Of a stretch of DNA of 48,821 nt, positions 1 to 7,645 are shown one piece after another. Under the pieces are notes generated by a model. The model was not told where the DNA came from. It saw nothing but the letters and a program-made list of their open reading frames with translations, and searched no databases. The stretch lies in the NCBI GenBank assembly GCA_013820855.1, contig JACDHV010000002.1:1-48821 (forward strand), given 5' to 3'. Within the stretch, counting starts at the first letter, position 1. Each line of letters starts with the position of its first letter. The DNA is from Gemmatimonadales bacterium (lineage in GTDB: Bacteria; Gemmatimonadota; Gemmatimonadetes; Gemmatimonadales; GWC2-71-9). The translations under genes and the position numbers were made by a program.

Positions 1-266
1 CCATAGTACCGCGTGGTGACCTGCCCCTTGTCCGGAATGTGGACCAGCGCCCGCGCCAGGAACTCCAGCGGGTCCGCGGTCTCGGTACCGGCGGTGGGGC
101 CCTCTGGCTTGTCGGAGCGATACGTCACGGCCTTCGCGGTCCGGTCGTACGTCAGCCGCTCCAGTGCGACGGGATTCCGTGCGCAGTACCGCGCGCACAC
201 GGTAATGCCCCGCCATGGCGGGGCGTCGTGACACCGCTCACCGGCCTGCCGTGGGGTGATCCCGTT
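1..266 (-). mobile_element. IS91-family (rolling-circle Y2-type) transposase relic: internal fragment with the 5' part missing and the 3' part running off the window
   Basis: The minus-strand frame is open from 266 to 1. It translates ...ITVCARYCARNPVALERLTYDRTAKAVTYRSDKPEGPTAGTETADPLEFLARALVHIPDKGQVTTRYYG. This resembles the recalled central block of IS91/IS801 transposases (RL.yd..V.y....leF..R.l.HiP.kg..iRyYG). There is no start codon, and the frame opens directly after the hypF stop codon. Confidence 0.5.
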
Positions 267-2477
267 TCAGACCGCGAATGCCGCAAGCGCCACCTGGCCC
301 AGCGCGATGCCGCCGTCGTTCGGCGGCACGGCCCGGTTCGACCAGATACGGAGTCCGGCCGGGGCGAGGCGGGTGCGCAGCTCGCGGCTCAGCAACTCGT
401 TCTGAAATACGCCGCCCGAGAGCACGACGGTGGCGATGCCGGTGCCGTGGTGGAGCGCGAGCACCGCCGCGGCGAGACCGGCCGCGAGCCCGCCGTGAAA
501 GGCGCGGGCGACCGTGCCGCGGTCCCGGCCCGCCCGCCGGTCGGCGAGCAGGGCGGCGAGGAGCGGCCGGTAGTCCAGCACGCCGGCGGCGTAGGGCATC
601 GGGTACGGCTCGGCGGGGCCCCCGGCATGCGCGAGGTGCTCCAGCCAGACTGCCGCCTGACCTTCGTAGGTGATCTCACGCGTGAACCCGAGCAGCGCGG
701 CCGCGGTGTCGAACAGGCGCCCGGCGGAGGTCGTCGGGAAGCAGCGAACGTCCTTCGTCACCAGTTCGGCGGCACGGGCATAGCGCTCGGGCAGCTCGAA
801 CGGGGCCTCGCCGGCCGCGGGCGCCGTATCCGTCTGCGCGAGGAAGCCGGCGGCTGCCTGCACCGGCCAGCGGGCCGCGGCGTCGCCGCCGGGCAGCACC
901 GCGGGGAGGAGGTGCGCCGCCCGAACCAGCCCGCCCGCCACACTGCCGGTGAACAGCTCACAGCCCCAGATCGTCCCGTCATCGCCCCAGCCGGTGCCGT
1001 CGAGAGCGATTCCGATCACGGGCTCGTCGAGCATGCCCTGCTCGGCGAGCACGCTCGCGACGTGCGCCCGGTGGTGCTGCACCGCGTGGTGGGCCGCGGC
1101 GGGCAGGTCGAGCCCGTACGCCGACGACACGTAACCCGGGTGGGCATCATGCGCGACCATGAGCGCCGAGCGGTCCACGTCATACATCTCGAGCAGGTCG
1201 TCGATCGCGGTCGCGAAAGCTTCGCGGGCAAGCGCGTGATCGAGGTCGCCGATGTGCTGGCTCGCCACCGCTTCACCGCCGACGACCAGCACCACGGCGT
1301 TCTTCAGGTCGGCGCCGACGCCGAGCAGAGGACGCGCCGTCGGGATCCGCGCGACCACGCCGGGCGCGAGGCCGCGCGCGCGCCGCAGCACCACCGGCGG
1401 GCGCACCACCGAGTCATCCATGCGGCGGGCGATCGGCCGATCGCCTACGAGGAAGGCGTCGGCGATGCCGGTGAGACGGGCGGCGGCGTCGGAATCCTCG
1501 AATGCGATCGGCTCGCCCGACCGGTTACCACTGGTGAGTACCAGCACCGGCGGCGCGCCGGCATCGAACAGCAGGTGGTGCAGCGGGGTGGACGGGAGCA
1601 TCACGCCCAGCTCGTCGCTGTCGGGCGCCACTCCCGGCAGCTCGATGAGCGCGGGCGCGAGTACGATCGGACGGGCGACGCCGGTGAGCACCGCCTCCGC
1701 CCCGCGCTCGAGCCGCACGAGACGCTTCGCAGTGGGCAGATCGCGGGCGAGGAGCGCGAAGGGGCGCTCCTTCCGGAACTTCCGCGTCCGCAGCGCCTCG
1801 ACCGCGGCGGCGTTCGACCCATCGCAGGCGAGGTGATAGCCGCCGAGTCCCTTCACGGCGAGGATGCGGCCGCCGCGGAGCAGCGCAGCGGCGGCGGCGA
1901 CCGGATCGCCGGCATCCGATCCGGCGATCCCGCGCAGCACGTACCCCGGGCCGCAACGCGGGCACGCGACCGGCTGCGCATGGAACCGGCGGTCGGCGGG
2001 GTTGGCGTATTCGGCGGCGCACTCGGAGCACATCGGCCACTCGTGCATAGTGGTGCGCGGGCGGTCGTATGGCAGGCCGAGCATGATCGAGTACCGTGGT
2101 CCGCATTCGGTGCAGTTGATGCAGGGATAGCCGAACCGGCGGTCGGCGGGGTCGCGCAGCTCGCGCAGGCAGGCATCGCACACCGCTAGGTCGGGCGAGA
2201 TGCCGGCGGTCGGCCGTGCGGCGCCCGCGCTGTGGCGGATCTCGAACGCCGCCGGGGCGTGCGGCAGTACGGCGGAGGCATCGATCCGGTCCACCCGCGC
2301 CGCGACGGGAGCCTCGCGCTCGAGCGCCGTTGCGAAAGCGTCGAGCGTCCGCGGGTCGCCCTCCACGTGGATCTCGACGCCATCGCCGGTATTGAGCACC
2401 CAGCCGGCGATGCCATGGCTCCGGGCGAGCCGCCAGACGAACGGGCGGAACCCCACGCCCTGAACCACGCCACGCAC
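267..2477 (-). CDS. hypF: [NiFe]-hydrogenase maturation carbamoyltransferase HypF
   Basis: 736-aa ORF. It has an N-terminal acylphosphatase-like VQGVGFRP block and two Cys4 zinc-finger blocks (CDACLRE...CINCTECGPRYS and CSECAAEY...CPRCGPGY), followed by YrdC-like and Kae1-like regions. GTG start at 2477; a slightly more upstream start is possible. Confidence 0.95.
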   Translation of the reverse strand: MRGVVQGVGFRPFVWRLARSHGIAGWVLNTGDGVEIHVEGDPRTLDAFATALEREAPVAARVDRIDASAVLPHAPAAFEIRHSAGAARPTAGISPDLAVCDACLRELRDPADRRFGYPCINCTECGPRYSIMLGLPYDRPRTTMHEWPMCSECAAEYANPADRRFHAQPVACPRCGPGYVLRGIAGSDAGDPVAAAAALLRGGRILAVKGLGGYHLACDGSNAAAVEALRTRKFRKERPFALLARDLPTAKRLVRLERGAEAVLTGVARPIVLAPALIELPGVAPDSDELGVMLPSTPLHHLLFDAGAPPVLVLTSGNRSGEPIAFEDSDAAARLTGIADAFLVGDRPIARRMDDSVVRPPVVLRRARGLAPGVVARIPTARPLLGVGADLKNAVVLVVGGEAVASQHIGDLDHALAREAFATAIDDLLEMYDVDRSALMVAHDAHPGYVSSAYGLDLPAAAHHAVQHHRAHVASVLAEQGMLDEPVIGIALDGTGWGDDGTIWGCELFTGSVAGGLVRAAHLLPAVLPGGDAAARWPVQAAAGFLAQTDTAPAAGEAPFELPERYARAAELVTKDVRCFPTTSAGRLFDTAAALLGFTREITYEGQAAVWLEHLAHAGGPAEPYPMPYAAGVLDYRPLLAALLADRRAGRDRGTVARAFHGGLAAGLAAAVLALHHGTGIATVVLSGGVFQNELLSRELRTRLAPAGLRIWSNRAVPPNDGGIALGQVALAAFAV

Positions 2478-2515
2478 CCGGAGGAGCCGCGCCTCCGTCT
2501 CGACACCGCCCGGCG

Positions 2516-2803
2516 TCAGCGCTCCTCCGCGGCCGGCGGCGAAACGGTGCAGCCGCGGCCCTGCCAGCCGATGGCGACGACGCGCCCATCCTCGACCAAG
2601 ACCGGTACGGTTCGCCCGCCGCCGGTCAGCCGGTGCAGCCGCACCAGCGCCGCCGGATCGCGCTCGACGTCGTACTCCACGAACTCACGGCCCTCCCACT
2701 CGAGCCGCTCACGACACTCCGCGGTGTAGGGACAGGCCGCGCTGCCGAACAGCTCCACCCGCCGCCGTGGCTCCGGCTCGGCCGCACCGGTCCGCTCAAC
2801 CAT
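2516..2803 (-). CDS. Glutaredoxin/thioredoxin-fold small protein (monothiol CPYT motif, Cys near the C-terminus)
   Basis: Taken from the internal ATG at 2803 of ORF 2516..2953: MVERTG...VELFGSAACPYTAECRERLEWEGREFVEYDVERDPAALVRLHRLTGGGRTVPVLVEDGRVVAIGWQGRGCTV.... The ATG overlaps the upstream stop codon by 8 nt (ATGGTTGA). Confidence 0.7.
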   Translation of the reverse strand: MVERTGAAEPEPRRRVELFGSAACPYTAECRERLEWEGREFVEYDVERDPAALVRLHRLTGGGRTVPVLVEDGRVVAIGWQGRGCTVSPPAAEER

Positions 2804-3974
2804 TCGCCAGCGCCTCCAGCGCGCCCCGCAGGACATGATAGATGGACGCCTGCACCTCCTGGATCCGCGGGATGTAGTCGGACCGCACGACGAGGGCGTG
2901 ATCGGCGAGGCCGCGACGCACGATTTCGCCACCATCGTATCCGAGCAGGGCAACAGTCAGCATGCCGCGGCGCCTCGCTTCCTCGAGCGCCACGATGATG
3001 TTGGCGGAACCGCCGCTGGTGGAGATGGCGAACGCGATGTCGGCGCTGCCGCCGTGAGCGACGAGCTGGCGCAGGAAGACCAGCTCGATACCGACGTCGT
3101 TCGCGATCGCGCTCAGGCTCGCCGGCTCGAGCGACAGCGACAGCGCGGGCACCGGATGCCAGCCGGACGGCGGGGCCACGCAGTCGAGCGCGAAATCGTT
3201 CGCATCGGTGGCCGAGCCGCCGTTGCCGAAGGTGAGGACGCGGCCGCCGCGGGCCACGCGCTCGTGAATCGCCGCGGCGGCTGCCACGATCGCGCCGGCC
3301 TGCTCTGCCGCAACGGCCGCACGCAGCGCCTCATCGTCCGCCGCCTTGGCCCGGATCGAGTCGGCGACCTGCGCAGCGATCCCGCCCATCTCCTGCTTCG
3401 CCGCGCCGAGGAACGGGTAGAGAAAGCCGGCGGCGCCCACCTCATGGCCGCGCTCCCGGTGTTCGAAGAAGACGTGCACCGTCTCCCACAGGGTATGGTA
3501 GAGGATCTCGACCAGCTCCTGGTGCACGAACGGGTCGCTCGACGGTATCGGCGGAGCATAGTCACCGGCGGGGCCGCACAGCGCGAAGGTCTGTGCGCCC
3601 CGCGCGCCCGCCGCATCCAGCGCGGCATCCACCTCCGGATCGCCGGCGGGGCCGGCGAAGCCCATCACGATATCCTCGCCGGTTACCAGTGCCGGTACCC
3701 ACTCGGGAAACGCGATGGAGAGGTCGAGCGCCGGCAGCGCCCGCTTGCCGACGATCACCGGATGCACAAACTCGACGGCTACGTGCTGGGCGTCGGTGGC
3801 GCAGGCGCCGCGGCCGAACGCGAGCAACCGCCCGCCGCGCAGGAAACGCTCCGCCATTTCACGGCAGGCGGCGGCGAGCGGCTCGGCCTCGTGCGCGAAG
3901 AAGGCGGCCGACGCGGCATTGCGCGCTAGGAGCGCCTCCTCGACGATGCGCGACGGGGAGAGGAGCGACGGCAC
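2796..3974 (-). CDS. Double SIS-domain (GmhA/phosphoheptose-isomerase-like) protein of the hydrogenase cluster
   Basis: 392-aa ORF with two SIS-like halves (FGRGACATDAQHVAVEF... and FGNGGSATDANDFALD...AISTSGGSANI). GTG start 6 nt after the hypE stop. Confidence 0.8.
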   Translation of the reverse strand: MPSLLSPSRIVEEALLARNAASAAFFAHEAEPLAAACREMAERFLRGGRLLAFGRGACATDAQHVAVEFVHPVIVGKRALPALDLSIAFPEWVPALVTGEDIVMGFAGPAGDPEVDAALDAAGARGAQTFALCGPAGDYAPPIPSSDPFVHQELVEILYHTLWETVHVFFEHRERGHEVGAAGFLYPFLGAAKQEMGGIAAQVADSIRAKAADDEALRAAVAAEQAGAIVAAAAAIHERVARGGRVLTFGNGGSATDANDFALDCVAPPSGWHPVPALSLSLEPASLSAIANDVGIELVFLRQLVAHGGSADIAFAISTSGGSANIIVALEEARRRGMLTVALLGYDGGEIVRRGLADHALVVRSDYIPRIQEVQASIYHVLRGALEALANG

Positions 3975-3980
3975 GGCGGT

Positions 3981-5018
3981 TCAACAGATCCTGGGGAGGG
4001 GATCGCCGACGAGCATGTCGACGATACGGGCGCCGCCGTACGGCGCCGTCGAGAGCACCGCGCCGGCGGGCTCGGTGCGGATCTCGCCGATCAGCGCGGC
4101 CGCCTCGCCGCCGGGGGTCGCTCGCACAGCGGCCAGCGCGGCGTCGGCGACCTCCGGAGCGAGCACTGCGAGGAACTGCCCCTCGTTGGCGATGTGCAGC
4201 GGATCGAGCCCGAGCAGCTCACACGCGCCGCGGACCTGGTCGCGCAGCGGGATCATCTCCTCCAGTAGCCCCACACCGAGCCGGGTGTCGACGGCCAGCT
4301 CATTCAGTGCGCTCGCCACGCCGCCGCGGGTCGGGTCGCGCATCCAGCGGAGCCCGTCGGCTGCGACGTCGAGCAACCGCTCCACGAACGGCAGCACCGG
4401 ACGCGTGTCGGAGCAGAGGCTCGCCTCGAAGTCGAGCTCGCCGCGGGCGAGCAGGATGGTGATGCCGTGGTCGCCGATCGGCCCGGAGAGGAGCACCCGA
4501 TCGCCCGGCCGGACCGCCGCGGGCGAGAGCCGGGCCCGCGGGTCGACGATGCCGAGACCGGTCGTGGTGATGTACATCCCGTCGGCCTTGCCGTGCTCCA
4601 CCACCTTCGTGTCGCCGCCGACGACGCCGACGCCCGCCCGCTCGGCGGCCGCAGCGATCGCCCGCACCTCGGCTTCGAGCACCGACGCCGCGAGCCCCGC
4701 CTCGAGCACGAGCGTGACCACGAGCGCGGCCGGACGGGCAGCCGCCATGGCGAGATCGTTCAGGGTTCCGTTCACCGCCAGTTCGCCGATCGACCCGCCG
4801 GGAAAGCGAAGCGGCCGCACCACGAAGGCGTCGGCCGTGAGCGCGACCCGTTCGGCGCCGAGCTCGAGCACGGCGGCGTCCATCAGGGGACCGAGGAGCG
4901 GTCCTCCGAGCAGCGGCGCGATGAGCCCCTCGACGAGCCGGCGGCTCGCCTTGCCGCCCGCCCCATGCGCCATTTCGATCTGCGGGTCACGGAAGCGGAC
5001 CGCGCCGGCGCTTCTCAT
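3981..5018 (-). CDS. hypE: Hydrogenase maturation protein HypE
   Basis: Internal ATG at codon 45 of ORF 3981..5150. The N-terminus is MRSAGAVRFRDPQIEMAHGAGGKASRRL and the C-terminus is the diagnostic ...DPLPRIC. ATGA overlap with the hypD stop. Confidence 0.95.
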   Translation of the reverse strand: MRSAGAVRFRDPQIEMAHGAGGKASRRLVEGLIAPLLGGPLLGPLMDAAVLELGAERVALTADAFVVRPLRFPGGSIGELAVNGTLNDLAMAAARPAALVVTLVLEAGLAASVLEAEVRAIAAAAERAGVGVVGGDTKVVEHGKADGMYITTTGLGIVDPRARLSPAAVRPGDRVLLSGPIGDHGITILLARGELDFEASLCSDTRPVLPFVERLLDVAADGLRWMRDPTRGGVASALNELAVDTRLGVGLLEEMIPLRDQVRGACELLGLDPLHIANEGQFLAVLAPEVADAALAAVRATPGGEAAALIGEIRTEPAGAVLSTAPYGGARIVDMLVGDPLPRIC

Positions 5019-6160
5019 CCGGCCGCGGCGGCCGGCGCGGGAGCCGCGTCTTCCTCCAACCGGGCGCGCCGGTGCGCGAAGTTGTAGTAGGCGGCGCACG
5101 CGCCCTCGGAGGACACCATCAGGGCGCCGACCGGATGCTCCGGCGTGCACTCGCGTCCGAACAGCTTGCAGCGGTGCGGCTTGAGCACGCCCTTCAGCAC
5201 CTCACCGCACTGCGCCGCCTTCGGATCGGTTACCCGGACACCGGGCAGCTCGAACCGGCGCTCGGCGTCGAAGTCGGCGTAGGCCGCTGAGACACCGAGC
5301 GCCGACTGGGAGATGAAGCCGAGTCCCCGCCACTCGAAATACGGCCGCAGTTCGAATGTCTCAGCCATTGCCTGGAGCGCGGGGAGGTTTCCCTCCCACG
5401 GCACCACCCGAGCGTACTGGTTTTCCACCTCCGCCCGGCCCTCCCGGAGCTGGCGCAGGATCATGACGATTCCCTGCAGGACGTCGAGTGGCTCGAAGCC
5501 GGACACGACGATCGGCCGGCCGTAATCGCGGGCCACGAATTCGTACGGACGGCAGCCGATGACGGTCGAAACGTGCCCGGGGCCGATGAATCCGTCGATG
5601 CGCATGTCGGGCGAATCGAGGATGGCGCGGATGGCGGGAATGATCGTGACGTGGTTGCTGAAGACGGTCAGGTTCGGCACGCCGAGGCTGCGGGCGCGCC
5701 GCAGCGTCAGCGCAGTGGACGGCGCCGTGGTTTCGAAGCCGATCGCGAAGAAGACGACCTGCCGATCAGGGTTGTCGCAGGCAAGCTTGAGCGCGTCGAG
5801 CGGCGAGTAGACCATCCGGATGTCGGCGCCGCGCGCGATGTGCTCAAGCGGACTGCCGCGGCGCCCCGGCACCCGCATCATGTCGCCGAACGCGGTGACG
5901 ATCGCGCCGTGCTCGACCGCCAGGGCGAGCCCGTCGTCCACGCGGCCCATCGGCAGCACGCACACCGGGCAGCCGGGGCCGTGCACCAGCTCGATGCTGT
6001 CCGGCAGGAGATCCTCGAGCCCGAAGCGATAGATCGCATGCGTGTGGCCGCCGCACACCTCCATGAACCGATAGTGGCGGCCGGGCTCCATGAGCCGGCG
6101 GATCTCGTCGGCGGTCCGGCGGATGAGCTGCGGGTCGCGGAACTCGTCCACGTACTTCAT
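5015..6160 (-). CDS. hypD: Hydrogenase maturation protein HypD
   Basis: Internal ATG at codon 115 of ORF 5015..6502: MKYVDEFRDPQL...EVCGGHTH...GPGCPVCV...FETTAP...GPGHVS. The upstream 114 codons are Arg/Gly-rich junk. ATGA overlap with the preceding gene. Confidence 0.95.
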   Translation of the reverse strand: MKYVDEFRDPQLIRRTADEIRRLMEPGRHYRFMEVCGGHTHAIYRFGLEDLLPDSIELVHGPGCPVCVLPMGRVDDGLALAVEHGAIVTAFGDMMRVPGRRGSPLEHIARGADIRMVYSPLDALKLACDNPDRQVVFFAIGFETTAPSTALTLRRARSLGVPNLTVFSNHVTIIPAIRAILDSPDMRIDGFIGPGHVSTVIGCRPYEFVARDYGRPIVVSGFEPLDVLQGIVMILRQLREGRAEVENQYARVVPWEGNLPALQAMAETFELRPYFEWRGLGFISQSALGVSAAYADFDAERRFELPGVRVTDPKAAQCGEVLKGVLKPHRCKLFGRECTPEHPVGALMVSSEGACAAYYNFAHRRARLEEDAAPAPAAAAG

Positions 6161-6411
6161 GGGACCGCCTCCCCCGCCGCGACCAGGCCGATGGCGACAC
6201 CCATGTGCACCAGCACGACGTCGCCCGGGCGCGCGTCCGGCACGAAATCGAGCGCCACCCCGGCGCGCGCACCGGTGCGGTCCTCGACCGTGGCGATGCC
6301 GGCCGGGGCGTCCAGCGCAATCACCCGGGCGGGGACCGCGACATCGCCGCAGGTGGTGCAGCCGTCCTGTTCCAGCGTACAGGTGCCGAAGCGGGTCAGG
6401 TCGTCGGTCAT
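6157..6411 (-). CDS. HypC/HupF-family chaperone, variant copy without the N-terminal MC motif
   Basis: Internal ATG at codon 135 of ORF 6157..6813: MTDDLTRFGTCTLEQDGCTTCGDVAVPARVIAL...GDVVLVHMGVAIGLV. The C-x-T-C-G-D block and the C-terminal VLVH.G.A block resemble HupF/HypC-like proteins. ATGA overlaps at both ends. Confidence 0.7.
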   Translation of the reverse strand: MTDDLTRFGTCTLEQDGCTTCGDVAVPARVIALDAPAGIATVEDRTGARAGVALDFVPDARPGDVVLVHMGVAIGLVAAGEAVP

Positions 6412-6674
6412 TCGAATTGGTATCCCTCGACTTCCTCGGCCGCCAGCGTCGCCTCGCCGAGCATGGTGAGCAGACGGAGCTGTTCCTCGGCCTGCTCGGC
6501 ACTGATGCGGCTCATGGCGAAGCCGACGTGAATCAGCACCCAGTCGTCCACCGCCAGGCCGTCGGGACGCAGCAGATCGACGTTCACCTTGCGGCGAACG
6601 CCGGTGACGTCGACGACGGCAAAACTCGGCTCGGCCGCGAACTCGACGATGCGGCCCGGGATGGCGAGACACAC
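6408..6674 (-). CDS. hypC: Hydrogenase maturation chaperone HypC
   Basis: 88 aa beginning MCLAIPGRIVEF, the canonical HypC N-terminus, followed by ...DDWVLIHVGFAM. GTG start. Confidence 0.9.
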   Translation of the reverse strand: MCLAIPGRIVEFAAEPSFAVVDVTGVRRKVNVDLLRPDGLAVDDWVLIHVGFAMSRISAEQAEEQLRLLTMLGEATLAAEEVEGYQFE

Positions 6675-6686
6675 GGGCGCGGCCGC

Positions 6687-6788
6687 CTACATGTCCCGCA
6701 TCTTGAGGTAGCGCCGTATTTCGGGATACTGGTGCACCAGCAGCATCCCCACCCCCGCCGCCACCGCGAGCAGCACGATCCGGCCCAT
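6687..6788 (-). CDS. 33-aa single-pass membrane micro-protein, absent from the ORF track
   Basis: Read by hand: ATG at 6788, TAG at 6689-6687. It encodes MGRIVLLAVAAGVGMLLVHQYPEIRRYLKMRDM. A purine-rich GAGAGGCGGTGG sequence lies upstream. It fills the only sizeable gap between the protease gene and hypC, with a hydrophobic helix followed by a basic tail. Confidence 0.45.
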   Translation of the reverse strand: MGRIVLLAVAAGVGMLLVHQYPEIRRYLKMRDM

Positions 6789-6802
6789 GACACCACCGCC
6801 TC

Positions 6803-7645
6803 TCATCTGGCACTCTCGTTTGAGGGTGACGCCGGCCACTCGCCGGCCGTCAGGTCCTGCACCAGCTTCTCGACCAGCCGCACCGCGCCGGCGACCGCGG
6901 TCTGCACCGGCGCGCTCAGCCGAGTGATGATTGCGGTCGGGTCGTGGTCTTCCGGAAACTGCTCCGGCTCGCAGCCGACCACCAGGGTTCGGGGTGGCTC
7001 CCCGCCGAGCCCGCGCACCAGGTGCAGGACGCGCACGGGGTCCATGCCGTGCGTCTCGACCGTTGGCGGCGCCGCATCGTCGAGCTCCGGCTCGAGCACG
7101 AACAGCGTGCCGGGTGCCTCGCCGCGCGGCATGGCATCGATCAGGATTGCGGCGTCGTAACCGTTCTGGAGCGCGTAGGCGAGATCGATGCCACGGATGC
7201 CGAACTCCCGGACCGTTACCCCCGGAGGCCAGCGCCGTTCCACGAGCGCCTGCGCAACCACCACACCGAATCCGTCGTCGCCCAGGAAGACGTTGCCGAT
7301 ACCGGCGACCAGGATCCGCGGCGCGCCGCGGGCCATGTCGTCATCGAGCGGCAGCGGCTCGACCTCGTCGGGCGCGAAGAAGAAGCGATGCGCCGGGAAC
7401 CGGCCTTCGCCGAGATCGCGACCCGGATCGTCGTTCACGGTGACGGCGAGCATCAGCTCGCCGCCGATGTCCTGTTCGATCGTCTCCACACGGGCGGTGC
7501 GGCCGGCGAGCACCATGTCGAAGGCGTCGCGGCCGGACCGCGGCCGGAGCCTCACCATGCTGCCGGTTCGCAGCTCGACACCGGCCACCTCGATGTTGGT
7601 GGGGGCGGGCCGGGCCGCGTCGCTCCAGAAATCCGCGCCGCTCAT
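6803..7645 (-). CDS. Hydrogenase maturation endopeptidase (HyaD/HupD family) with an in-frame ~103-aa N-terminal domain of unknown function
   Basis: The ATG at 7645 overlaps the upstream stop (ATGA). Residues 104-280 carry RILVAGIGNVFLGDDGFG...ILIDA...VETHGMDP, typical of the protease. Residues 1-103 (MSGADFWSDAARPAPTNIEVAGVELRTGSMVRLRPRSG...FFFAPDEVEPLP) have no recognised family. No stop codon separates the two parts, and there is no SD before the internal ATG at 7336. Confidence 0.85.
   Translation of the reverse strand: MSGADFWSDAARPAPTNIEVAGVELRTGSMVRLRPRSGRDAFDMVLAGRTARVETIEQDIGGELMLAVTVNDDPGRDLGEGRFPAHRFFFAPDEVEPLPLDDDMARGAPRILVAGIGNVFLGDDGFGVVVAQALVERRWPPGVTVREFGIRGIDLAYALQNGYDAAILIDAMPRGEAPGTLFVLEPELDDAAPPTVETHGMDPVRVLHLVRGLGGEPPRTLVVGCEPEQFPEDHDPTAIITRLSAPVQTAVAGAVRLVEKLVQDLTAGEWPASPSNESAR

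Noticed and set aside
39-2189. 716-aa plus-strand ORF opposite hypF, and similar giants (24288..26189 -, 37882..40053 -, 40574..43852 -, 10109..11923 +, the upstream two-thirds of 18607..20727 -).
   Set aside because: They are Arg/Gly/Ala/Pro-rich with no motifs, and they lie antisense to or overlapping genes with unmistakable family signatures. These are the expected stop-poor shadow frames of a very GC-rich genome.
2516-2560. Possible selenocysteine in the Grx-like protein's C-terminal GRGC motif.
   Set aside because: The codon is TGC, not TGA, and I saw no in-frame TGA or obvious SECIS-like hairpin.
5015-6502. Long N-terminal extensions offered by the ORF track for hypD (114 codons), hypE (44), the second hypC-like gene (134), hhyL (92), the protease ORF (280) and others.
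   Set aside because: The extensions are low-complexity and overlap the upstream gene. Internal starts give canonical N-termini and 4-nt overlaps with upstream stops.
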